Origin: Adineta vaga
Taxonomy: Eukaryota > Animalia > Rotifera
DNA length: 64,000 bases
Reading direction: 5' to 3'
Assembly: GCA_021613535.1 (NCBI GenBank)
Contig: CP075497.1
Span: forward strand, 9,734,001-9,798,000
Shown here: positions 54,401-64,000 of the stretch, one piece after another
Layout of the letters: every line of letters starts with the position of its first letter
Numbering within the stretch: the first letter of the stretch is position 1
Position numbers and translations under genes: made by a program
The notes under the pieces: generated by a model
Seen by the model: the letters and a program-made list of their open reading frames with translations, nothing else
The model's database searches: none
Told to the model about the DNA's origin: nothing

Positions 54401-54831
54401 GTGCATTTTGTGGTACTTGAAATTCAACTGCTGTGGGAATTTCTGGTATTAAACGTTTTTCATTCGCTGCTATTTCTTCATTTTGATTAAATAAGGAAAC
54501 AGCAACAGTAATTGCTGACCATTCTTTATTTAAAATTGTTACCCAAACAGAAACAATATCTAATGGACGAACTATTTTCGGTCCTATAATCATATAATGT
54601 CTAAATAAAGCAAACTAATTATTGAAATAAAGTAAACAATTGTCTAATCAATTCGTACGATTCAGATTTAAGATGAGCAAAAGCTGAAAGTGATCGACGT
54701 GGTTCATATCTATTTAAAGACGGTTGAATACCACCAACAAAAGGTGATTGTCGACGTACACGATTGATTTGATTACAACTTAGTAATATCATAGAAAGAT
54801 ATATACATATAATAAATAGATATTTGAGCAT
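48486..54831 (-). CDS. Mcr: Macroglobulin complement-related (Mcr/TEP6-like, alpha-2-macroglobulin/CD109 superfamily), many exons
   Basis: MG-domain motifs (IFIQLEKPMYR, VPHVIGTWIISAFSIS), internal LDLa repeat FTCNDGSCYTISEKCDGVFNCLDGADELDC, no GCGEQ thioester, C-terminal CSVCGSYQCPYCPYY plus a hydrophobic tail. Confidence 0.88.
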
Positions 54832-55934
54832 CTGAAAAGAAAAATAAACTTTCTATTCAATTCTAATTGTCTTCTCACTTTTTTTCTAATTTTATGTATA
54901 TATTATGACTATTTTTCACGTTGACTCATATAAAGAGATGATTGAGAATAATCAGGATATATACTCAAGATCTCTTATCTCAATAAGTATTATTTACCGT
55001 ATGAGAGCAAGAGAACGAATTTGTATATTAAGACAATTGATTTATGTTCGAGTTGATATCAAACTTTTATTCTTATAGTCGAACATGCATTAGTATAAAG
55101 ACAATTAGAAGATTGATCAATGACCAATTTTTATCATATCAGAATATCTTATGTTTGATTAATTGATCTTGTATGTAAAAGAATAAAGATATAAAAAAGT
55201 ACATTTTGTCTTTTTCAACTTTATGATCGTTATTTTAACTTCAACAAATCTTTATGATTTCTCAGACGTACATTATCAAAACGCTAGAAAAAAAAAGAGA
55301 AAAAAAAGAATCATGTTTACTACGTTTTTTTTCCATCAAAACTAAATACATGCCTAGCGTGAATTTTTTTTATTATAAAGACATTCGATTTGGAAGTCAA
55401 AAATCACGATATTTATTTGTAACATATGTTCGTTCGAATAGAGAAAAGGAGAATATATAGGGATTAGAGAATGGTTCAGAATGATGAACATATCACGCAC
55501 AGCAAATTGTTGGACATTGTTCATCATTTATCAATAAGATTTCTTTTTCTCTTTCGTTAAAAATCAAACTATCCGATTGTCTGTTATTAGAAAACAAAAT
55601 CAATTCAATGCAGATGTTAAGACATTTCATATGTTGTCAATGAATGATCTTAGAATAAGACTTTTGTATTTCGGTACACTGTGAATGCATTGTATAGAGA
55701 TGAGAAATGACAATCATCAAAGAAGGAAAAGAATAGCATATCATAGATACTCTCATATAATATATGCCAATCGGCATGGAACAAAAAAGAGTATTTTTTC
55801 TCTTTCATCCATATTGTCATAGTCTTTCATGGAATACAGTAGAATAAATAAACCAAAAAGAACTATAGAAAATAATTGTTACTGAAGCTTGTAATAGATG
55901 TTGGATATTATCATTTGTCGTCGATTGCTTTGAC

Positions 55935-56447
55935 ATGAAAGCAATAATAATTCTTTTTATCATTATTCCTCGCAGTATATTTGCTGTGGTCAATGTGATT
56001 ATTGATTCACGATCTCCGTGTGAATCAGTCGTTGATTGTTTATCATCGAATCAGTCAACAACAATTTGCTATCATGGTCAATGTGTTCCATGTCGTCAAT
56101 CAAGTGAATCATGTTCAAGTGCAGTTCACTGTTGTAGTGGTTCACGGTGTTATCGTCATCGATGTACACCACTCTATAAAACTGGACAAACATGTCGTAT
56201 ACATCGTGAATGTTTCGATACCGATGATTTTTGTATCGATCGAATTTGTACACGATGTATCTCTTTATATTCGTCGTGTTCAACAAATCCTCTATCAACA
56301 CCTTGTTGTGTAGGAAAAGGAATATGTCGTTTTGGTATTTGTCAACCAGCATATAGACATACACAAACTTGTGTAAATACATTCGATTGTGCCGATGAAC
56401 TCGTATGTTTAGCCGGCGTGTGTCAAGATCCTCTAGGTGGTTGTTGA
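55935..56447 (+). CDS. Secreted cysteine-rich repeat protein (25 Cys), single exon
   Basis: Signal peptide MKAIIILFIIIPRSIFA followed by regularly spaced Cys modules; AATAAA downstream near 56514. Confidence 0.85.
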   Translation: MKAIIILFIIIPRSIFAVVNVIIDSRSPCESVVDCLSSNQSTTICYHGQCVPCRQSSESCSSAVHCCSGSRCYRHRCTPLYKTGQTCRIHRECFDTDDFCIDRICTRCISLYSSCSTNPLSTPCCVGKGICRFGICQPAYRHTQTCVNTFDCADELVCLAGVCQDPLGGC

Positions 56448-56946
56448 AAAACATTCATTAAAAACTTTATATATTTGTTTTTGATTTCGATTCAGTAATG
56501 TAAAGAAAAATTTAATAAATATTATTAGTTTTTTTTTCTTCTCATTTTCAAATCTAACGTTTAGTTAAGCAAGCAAAGGATTAAGAATATTCTCAAGATG
56601 TTCATTACATTTTCAGTTTTAGATAAGAAATACTTTTACTAGTTAGTAGATAATAGTCATTTAATCATTTGTCAGCTGTTTTACGAGTTAACAATGCACA
56701 TCGATAAATAAACGTAAGACAGTAGCGACACTCATTCGTCTATATGAATCGAAGGAAGAATTTGTTCTTTCATAATGTCTGATATCCAAAAAGTCGTTGC
56801 GCGTGCACAAAATGAATCATATTATCGAATATAAATTTAAACAGAAAATTTTTTCTCATTAGTCATTTATTTTCTTATTCAGATAGATTTATAGAAATAT
56901 ATTTGTCTGTTATTTCATTTCGTGAAATTTATTGAGATTTAAAATC

Positions 56947-57809
56947 ATGTTCGCAGTTGTTCAACGTCTTATCGATTGGTTTAGAAGTTTATTTTGGAAA
57001 GAAGAAATGGAATTAACACTTGTTGGATTACAAAATTCTGGTAAAACAACATTTGTTAATCTTATTGCATCAGGTCAATATTCGGAAGATATGATACCAA
57101 CAGTCGGATTTAATATGAGAAAAATTACGAAAGGAAATGTTACAATCAAAGTAAATATTTTAAAATGTTCATAGAATAAAAACAAAGTAATTGTTCTCTT
57201 TATTCAATTTGATTTAGATTTGGGATATCGGTAGGTAATAATGTTTGTTCGATCTTGATGATTGATTATTTTTGATTATAGGTGGTCAACCTCGTTTTCG
57301 TAGTATGTGGGAACGTTATTGTCGTGGTGTAAATGCAATTGTGTATGTATAATGAAAAGGCTTTCTTTTTATTCCATTGATAAATTTTCTGATGGAATTA
57401 GATTTATGGTTGATGCAGCTGATCATGAAAAACTCGATGCAGCTAAACAAGAATTTAGTAGTTTACTTGAAAAACCTCAACTTCAAGGTATACCAGTACT
57501 TGTACTTGGCAATAAACGTGATTTACCCAATGCACTTGAAGTTCAAGAACTTATTCAAAGATTGTAATTCTTTCATTTGTATTTCGTTTAAGAAATGAAT
57601 TCTTTTCTTTTTTCTGAAATTTAGGGATCTTTCACCGATTAAAGATCGTGAAATCTGTTGTTATTCTATATCATGCAAAGAAAAAGAAAATATTGGTAAA
57701 AAATACGATATTCAAAAGTTCATTTCTTTTCTCAATAAATCTCTTTTTTCATCTAGATATAACACTTCAATGGCTTATTCAACATTCAAAAGCAAATAAT
57801 CGTTCATAA
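56947..57809 (+). CDS. ARL8: ARF-like GTPase 8
   Basis: [77 protein letters not shown]; includes a 13-nt exon at 57218-57230. Confidence 0.97.
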
Positions 57810-58147
57810 ATCTTTTCTGGTTTTATTTTTTTAAACTTAACAAAATTTTTCTTTTCGCAACGATATTAGCTTCTATTTATTTCGAATTTGTTCATTCCAA
57901 AACTAATCATTTCTTTCTTCAAAACTTGTATAAAAAAAACAAATTTTGTCGTGCGCTTCGCTGCATTTCTTTTTTAATTGTTGTCCGTATTGGTATTTCT
58001 AACTATTCATTTATTTATTTTCGATTCTATTTAATTAAGTGAGAACAAACCAAGACCAGTGAGGAAAAAAAAGAGAATCATATATATGTATACATATTAT
58101 ACCGTAATTATTCATTTGATGATATGAGTTTCCTTTTCTTTTTCTAG

Positions 58148-58453
58148 ATGAGTACTCAACAAAATTCCAGTGTGAATAAAAAAAATGATGAAAATAAAGA
58201 TAAAACAACGAGTGGAAAAGATGAAACGGCAACAAAAGATAAAAAATTAGATATAACAAGTTTGGAAGAAGATGATGAATTCGAAGAATTTCCGGTCGAA
58301 GAATGGTCACAAGAAGATGTCGATTCGGAAGACAAACGTTTATGGGAAGAACATTGGGATGATGATGTTACAGAAACACCATTAATTGAACAATTAAAAC
58401 AAGAACTTAATAAGCATACTGCAGCTAGAACAGCAGCAACAACAGCCAAATAA
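58148..58453 (+). CDS. SEM1: 26S proteasome complex subunit SEM1/DSS1
   Basis: LEEDDEFEEFPVEEW..WEEHWDDD..QLKQEL. Confidence 0.93.
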   Translation: MSTQQNSSVNKKNDENKDKTTSGKDETATKDKKLDITSLEEDDEFEEFPVEEWSQEDVDSEDKRLWEEHWDDDVTETPLIEQLKQELNKHTAARTAATTAK

Positions 58454-58824
58454 ACTAGGATTTTTTTCTTTTATTTGTTAACTCTCCTCTTTTCTTTCTT
58501 ATGAAGTAAAACAAAAATAAAATCAAGTTCTTTTATTCCAGACTTTGTCAAAACTAGAAAAAAAGTAAGACTTTCTACTCTTCTTTTAGATTTGCACAAG
58601 AAAAATTCGATACAATTGACAGGAGAATAATGTAACTTGCTTAGCTAGAAATAATATGCATGTTTAATAAATAGTTACATGATTATTAATTGCTCTAAAC
58701 GATAATTCTTGTAAATCATACTGATTCGAGAATCTATTTATCAGCAATTATATCTAACATGTTTGATGAGTTGTCATTTCTATTATCAATCGTGGTTTAT
58801 CTTTCTTTCTTCTTTTAGATAACA

Positions 58825-60380
58825 ATGACCATACGTTTTAATCTTCTAGCTGGTTGTGAAAGTGGTATTGTAAAAGGAGTAGATACAACAAATAATGGTA
58901 TCTATGTCGTTCATAAACCAGCCGAAACTTATGCTGATGCTGTTACTCTTTTGGAATGGTCGTTAGCAAATGATGAGATCGATTATATGCAGGTAAATAA
59001 TAACAACAACGATGATTGTTTTCGTTTTATGATAGTGTATATATGCTTTTTAGGCATTTATTGCAACAAAAAAGAATAATATTTTACGTTTTAATTTTGC
59101 CAAAGAATCAATACAACAGATTGGTACCATTAATCGTTCAAGTCCATTGAAAGGTTTAGCTTATCTAGGTGAAGATAGATTTGTAACATGTTCTGAAAAT
59201 GGATCTTTATCAATCGATCGTATCAAGAACGAATCTCTTGTGTCAGAAGTATGATAACTGATTTCCTATTTCTTGAACACTTCATTTTTTTTACTTGTAG
59301 GTTGAAGCGAATGCAGGTCCAGATATCTGTCGATTACGTATTAATCCATTTAATCGAACGTTTTTCGGAACTGGTGGAAAAGAAAATGATTTGAAAATAT
59401 GGTCCATTGAAGAATTAATAAAGAACGAGAAAACAAAAAATAAATCCGTTATTTTCCAAGCAAAAAATGTAAGACAAATAAATACATATATATATACTGT
59501 GAGATATAGAGTTTGGCTTTTAATATTAGATTCGACCAAATACTGTTCGATTACGTATGCCTGTTTGGGTAACAGATTTTCAATTTATTGATGAAAGAAA
59601 TCGATGTCTTGTTGCTACTGGACATCATCAAGTAAGATTTAATCATTGAATTTGTTTTTTAATTGAAACAAATTTTTATTGATACTTAGATTCGCCTCTA
59701 TGATCCACAATCGAGTGCACGTCGACCTGTTCAAGAAATTGAATTTGAACAATGTCCAATAATGTCACTTGCATTGCTTCATTCTTCAAATAACGAGTTT
59801 GTATATTTGATATTCTATTATTATGAACGAAATTTTCCTTTCAATAGACGTTTTCTTATTGGAAATACTCAAGGTGAAATGGCTCAATTTGATCTCAAAC
59901 ATTTATCAACAATTGTTCATAAATATAGAGGTGTTATCGGTAGTATTCGTTCAATAGAAACACATCCAACATTACCATTAATTGCTTCCGCTTCAATTGA
60001 TCAATATGTTCGTATTCATCATGCAGAAACACATCATCAAGTATCAAAAGTAATTCTTATCAATTTGAAATTCTATACTATGTGTAACACTTGTTCTTGT
60101 TCTTAGTTCTTCCTAAAATCTCGTCTTACTTCGATCTTGTTTTCATCACATTCAATAGCAAGTCATGAAGAACAGGAACAACAAGTGAAAGAAGTGGTAA
60201 CGAACACAGAAGAAGTTGAAAATGATGAAGTATGGTCACAATTTAAAAGAAAATCAACAAATCCGTTCGTATATTCGTTTGAAAAAGAAAAAAAATTCAA
60301 CTCATATTTTGATTCATTTTAGATCATCAACAAAATTAAATTTGAAGAAAAAAAGAAAAACGACTGTTTTGAATGAATAA
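58825..60380 (+). CDS. WDR74: WD repeat protein 74 / Nsa1 ribosome biogenesis factor
   Basis: GCESGIVKG, FGTGGKENDLKIW, FQAKNIRP..LRMPVW, ATGHHQIRLYD..RRPV, IGNTQG, GVIGSIRS..ASASIDQYVRIH, FLKSRL. Confidence 0.9.
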
Positions 60381-60468
60381 ATAAAAAAAAATTCAATGAA
60401 TCAAACTAGTTGTTAACCTTTGTTTTGGTTTTTGTTCTTTGCATTCTTTTCTTATTTTCGAGATAAAG

Positions 60469-61124
60469 ATGTTTTCATTATTACTAAGATCTTCTTCTTT
60501 TATTATCCGTCATTTTTATCGTCACCAAATCGCACCATCCTCCACATTTTCACATATAACATCCGATGGAAATATCACGATGGTTGATATAGGTACAAAA
60601 GCCATTACACAGCGACATGCTATTGCTGAAGCTATTGTGAAATTTCCAGATTCACAAACATTTCAATCCTATTTTAATATCACCACGAAAAAAGGTGATG
60701 CACGTTTATGTTCAAAAATCGCTGGTATTCTTGCTGCTAAAGTTTGTTCAAGATTTTTCTCTTGAATCCTCAATAAAAGCTTACATCTTTATAGCGTACA
60801 GCAGATTTAATTCCACTGTGTCATCAACTTCCACTTTCACATATTGATATTGATTATGAACATCGACATGAAGAAAATGAAGTTCTTATACGATGTAGTT
60901 GTTCAACACAATATCAAACAGGTGTAGAAATGGAAGCGATGGTGGGTGTCACTATTGCTGCAGTGACTATTTATGATATGTAAGTCTTTGAAAATGAGAA
61001 TGTACTTGATAATTGTTCATGTTAACTTTTCTTCAGGTGTAAGGCTTTGAGTAAATCAATTGAAATTCGAAATATTCGTCTTGTTGAAAAAACTGGCGGA
61101 AAATCTTCTATGTCTTCGATATAA
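60469..61124 (+). CDS. moaC: Stand-alone cyclic pyranopterin monophosphate synthase (MoaC/MOCS1B-like) with a putative mitochondrial presequence, 3 exons
   Basis: FSHI..G..TMVDIGTK..T.R.A.A, KKGD..AGILAAKRTADLIPLCHQL, TGVEMEA, IYDMCKA, LVEKTGGKS. Confidence 0.92.
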
Positions 61125-61130
61125 ATCTGT

Positions 61131-61163
61131 TCGCTACTGTTTTTTTTTCTAGATAATAAAATT
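61131..61163 (+). promoter_or_regulatory. 3' splice-acceptor-like site (long T tract + CTAG, AG at 61151-61152) directly followed by AATAAA (61155-61160) between moaC and MVD
   Basis: The sequence reads long T tract + ctag|ataataaaattATG, and the 39-nt spacer leaves no room for a cis intron. Confidence 0.6.
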
Positions 61164-62255
61164 ATGTCCACCGATGCTGATTCTCGTTCAATTACATGTC
61201 AAGCTTCTCCAAATATTGCTCTCATCAAATATTGGGGTAAACGTAATGAAGAATTAATCTTACCTGACAATGATTCATTGAGTATTACTCTCGATCTAAC
61301 GGATATGCATTCATATACAACTGTTTCGACATCACCATCCATGACAAATGATACATTCTATTTCGATGGTGTTCTACAAACAAAACTTTCTAGTCGAATG
61401 CAAAAAGTTCTTGCTGAAGTTCGTCGACGTACAAAAGATGATCAAAATAAATTCGTTGAAATTCGTTCACATAATACATTTCCAGCGTCCAGTGGTTTAG
61501 CTTCGAGTGCATCTGCTTATGCAAGTTTAGCAATTGCTCTAACAAAATTATTCAATTTAGATAATCAGGATGCAACTGCTGCTTATTTAGCACGAATTGG
61601 TAGTGGTTCAGCTATACGAAGTATTTATGGAGGTTTTGTTCGTTGGTCAAGTGTAGGTGAATGTCTTTCATCATGTGTCTTTCCAATGGAGCATTGGTCA
61701 GATCTTCGATTAATAATCTTAATCTTCAATTCAAGTAAAAAACCAGTTTCATCAACTGATGCAATGCAACGTACAAGAGAAACGTCGACATTGTTTCCAG
61801 CACGTCTTGCAACTGTCAATGATAAAATTGAAAAATTGATTGAAGCAATCCAAAATAAAGATTTCAATACGTTTGCAAAGATTGTAATGATCGATAGTAG
61901 TCAATTTCATGCCGTTTGTATGGATACTTATCCTCCAGTGATTTATTTAAATGAACAATCAAAACATTTAATTGATCTTGTTCATGCTTATAATAAAACT
62001 GGCGACAATGGTGCAATGAAAGTTGCGTATACTTTCGATGCTGGACCAAATCCATTTTGTTTCATTCGCGAAGAACATGTTCAAGAATTTCTAAAATTAC
62101 TTAAATATATTTATCCAACAACGGATACTAATGTTCATAAACAAGTAGCGGATAGTGATGAAAAATTTCCTTCGATTAATGTATCAATTATGTCGAATGT
62201 TCTCGAACGAATTGTACTGACAAAAATTGGTTCTGGCCCGAAAATAATTTCATAA
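61164..62255 (+). CDS. MVD: Diphosphomevalonate decarboxylase, intronless
   Basis: NIALIKYWGKR, SGLASSAS, RIGSGSAIRS, QFHAVCMDTYPP, KVAYTFDAGPN. Confidence 0.96.
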   Translation: MSTDADSRSITCQASPNIALIKYWGKRNEELILPDNDSLSITLDLTDMHSYTTVSTSPSMTNDTFYFDGVLQTKLSSRMQKVLAEVRRRTKDDQNKFVEIRSHNTFPASSGLASSASAYASLAIALTKLFNLDNQDATAAYLARIGSGSAIRSIYGGFVRWSSVGECLSSCVFPMEHWSDLRLIILIFNSSKKPVSSTDAMQRTRETSTLFPARLATVNDKIEKLIEAIQNKDFNTFAKIVMIDSSQFHAVCMDTYPPVIYLNEQSKHLIDLVHAYNKTGDNGAMKVAYTFDAGPNPFCFIREEHVQEFLKLLKYIYPTTDTNVHKQVADSDEKFPSINVSIMSNVLERIVLTKIGSGPKIIS

Positions 62256-62373
62256 TGACTTTTGTTATTTTCTGTTTTTGATTAGAAAAATAGTCTTTCA
62301 TGATCGTTGATAACAATTAGATGTGATTAGTTCATTTAGGCATTCTTTTTAAAAAATCTTAATCTCTTTTTAG

Positions 62374-63095
62374 ATGATGATATCTAATAATTATCTATTT
62401 TCCAGTTTATTAATATCTGCCTTATTTTATATCAGCCATGCATTTACTTTTCCAGTAAATAGGATGTATTTGTATGAAATGAATTGTACTTTTTCTTTTT
62501 CATTTAAAATAGAAATTTCTGGATTTAAATTTGGCATGGAGAAATTGTGGACCTAGTTCAGATCCAATTCAATTAAAAAGTCTTTCGATTACACCTGATC
62601 CAATTCGTATACCAGGTAACGAGACAGATATTCTTAAAATCAATGGTATAAATTCTGGTTCATATAGGAGGTCTTAATATTACTGGTTCAGCTGATGTTA
62701 CAGTGCAAATTCCAGCAGATGTTTCTGTATTGTTTTATCTTCTCTCGATTCTCGTCTCATAATGATAATGTAACTTTGTTTAGGTATCTGTTACACTCGA
62801 ACGTAAAGTTGGACCATTTTTTGTCAAAGTTCCATGTGTTGATAATTTTGGTTCATGTAAATATGGAAATGCTTGTGAATTATGGGCAGAATTTTGTCCA
62901 AAGTATGCGGCACAATATGGCCTTCCATGTCAATGTCCTATTCCGGCGAATACATATTCCGTACAAAATGCAAATATAGTTGTTGATAAAAATGTTCCAG
63001 CAGAATTACTCGGTGAATATCGCGCTACTGTTGATATTGTCTCAAGTCAAAATCATCTTGGCTGTGTTTTTATTGATTTAACAGTCAAGAAATAA
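62374..63095 (+). CDS. GM2A: GM2 ganglioside activator-like ML-domain lipid-binding protein, 4 exons
   Basis: Signal peptide, WRNCG..DPIQLKSLSITPDPIRIPG, KVPCVDNFGSCKY, GLPCQCP, GEYR, HLGC. Confidence 0.88.
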
Positions 63096-63253
63096 TCAAA
63101 AGAATTCATTGCTCATTTCATCTATTTATTTGACATTCATCACTATTTTTCTCATCATTTTTTTCATCTGATTTTTTATTTTGTTTAATATTTTATTCAG
63201 CATAAGAAGAAAAAGCAATATTTAACTTTCTTTCAAATTTGTAACGAAAAAGA

Positions 63254-64000
63254 TTATTTAATTTCCCGTAGAATGATTTTATCTTCGAATATTGCTAAGA
63301 GAAACATGATGGTGACACCAAATAGAAAACCAATATTGACAACGAGAAATCGTTTGAATCCAACTTCTCCATCAGCTAACAATGTTGGTAGCTGAAAAAA
63401 AAGAAAATAGTACGATACATTTTTTTTGGGAGGGCCGGGGGAGGAACTTACTAAATCAACTAATGCAATGTACAGAAACATTCCAATAGTTGCTGCAAAT
63501 ATCCACTGACTAGTATTTTCATTAACTGATAACCAAGAACTCATAAGAAACCCAAGAATAGCCGTAGTTGCTGAAAGAAAATTCCATAATAATGCTTTAC
63601 AGTGTGAAAAACCAGATTGCAATAAAATAGCATAATCTCCTAAACAAATCAATCATTTTATTTGTCTATTTATGCAAAAATTCGTTCAAAAGAATTATTT
63701 TCTATTATTACTAACCCAGTTCATGTGGTAATTCATGACAAGCAACAGCAATGGCTGTTGTAATACCAAATGTCACACCTTCACTGAACGCTGCACCAAT
63801 TGCTAGGCCATCTGCAAAATTATGAATTGCATCACCAAATAATACCATCCAACCAGTTGATTTAATTGCTAAAAAAAAACGTATTTTTCTCAAGAAAATT
63901 TCTCCCGTATTTTCTACCTGTTAATTGTCTGAGAATAGGATTCATATAATCTGCACTTTCACTACATTGTGAATTACAAACTTTTGGTGTAGTTGAAAAT
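63254..64000 (-). CDS. LIV-1 subfamily ZIP (SLC39A) metal transporter, 3' part (continues past the window end)
   Basis: [47 protein letters not shown]. Confidence 0.93.

Noticed and set aside
60469-62255. MoaC-MVD fusion protein via alternative splicing
   Set aside because: The real moaC donors (phase 0 at 60741, phase 2 at 60980) are out of frame with MVD or hit an immediate stop when joined to the 61152 acceptor.
1-64000. tRNA, rRNA, SL RNA gene, CRISPR array, telomeric repeats or intact transposon
   Set aside because: None recognised by eye. Infernal/Rfam, tRNAscan-SE and RepeatMasker runs would be needed to exclude them formally.

Overview
AT-rich, gene-dense animal genomic DNA with many very short (about 45-65 nt) GT-AG introns. 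This architecture and the gene families suggest a bdelloid rotifer (inference). I reconstructed 21 genes by hand, mostly multi-exon: RBM42, 14-3-3, two tandem Tudor-domain genes, PP5, Hhex, a DD3-3-like secreted protein, Mondo/ChREBP, a MARVEL-like protein, a SAM/SAMD3-like protein, a divergent Rel-homology-like protein missed by the ORF track, a two-repeat protocadherin, Mcr/TEP6, a Cys-rich secreted protein, ARL8, SEM1, WDR74, stand-alone MoaC, MVD, GM2A and the 3' end of a LIV-1 ZIP transporter. The best candidate for an undescribed system is the co-oriented WDR74-MoaC-MVD-GM2A run (possibly extending to ARL8-SEM1). Its stop-to-start gaps are 88, 39 and 118 nt, with 3' splice-acceptor-like sites just before the ATGs, which suggests a eukaryotic operon resolved by SL trans-splicing. 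Other notable points are the cryptic Rel-like gene, a Tudor RG-rich region built from symmetric exons, a Mondo microexon and degenerate basic region, and an alternating knottin-like secreted protein. CDS coordinates span introns. No tRNA, rRNA, CRISPR array or intact transposon was recognised. All family assignments come from motif recognition, not database searches.
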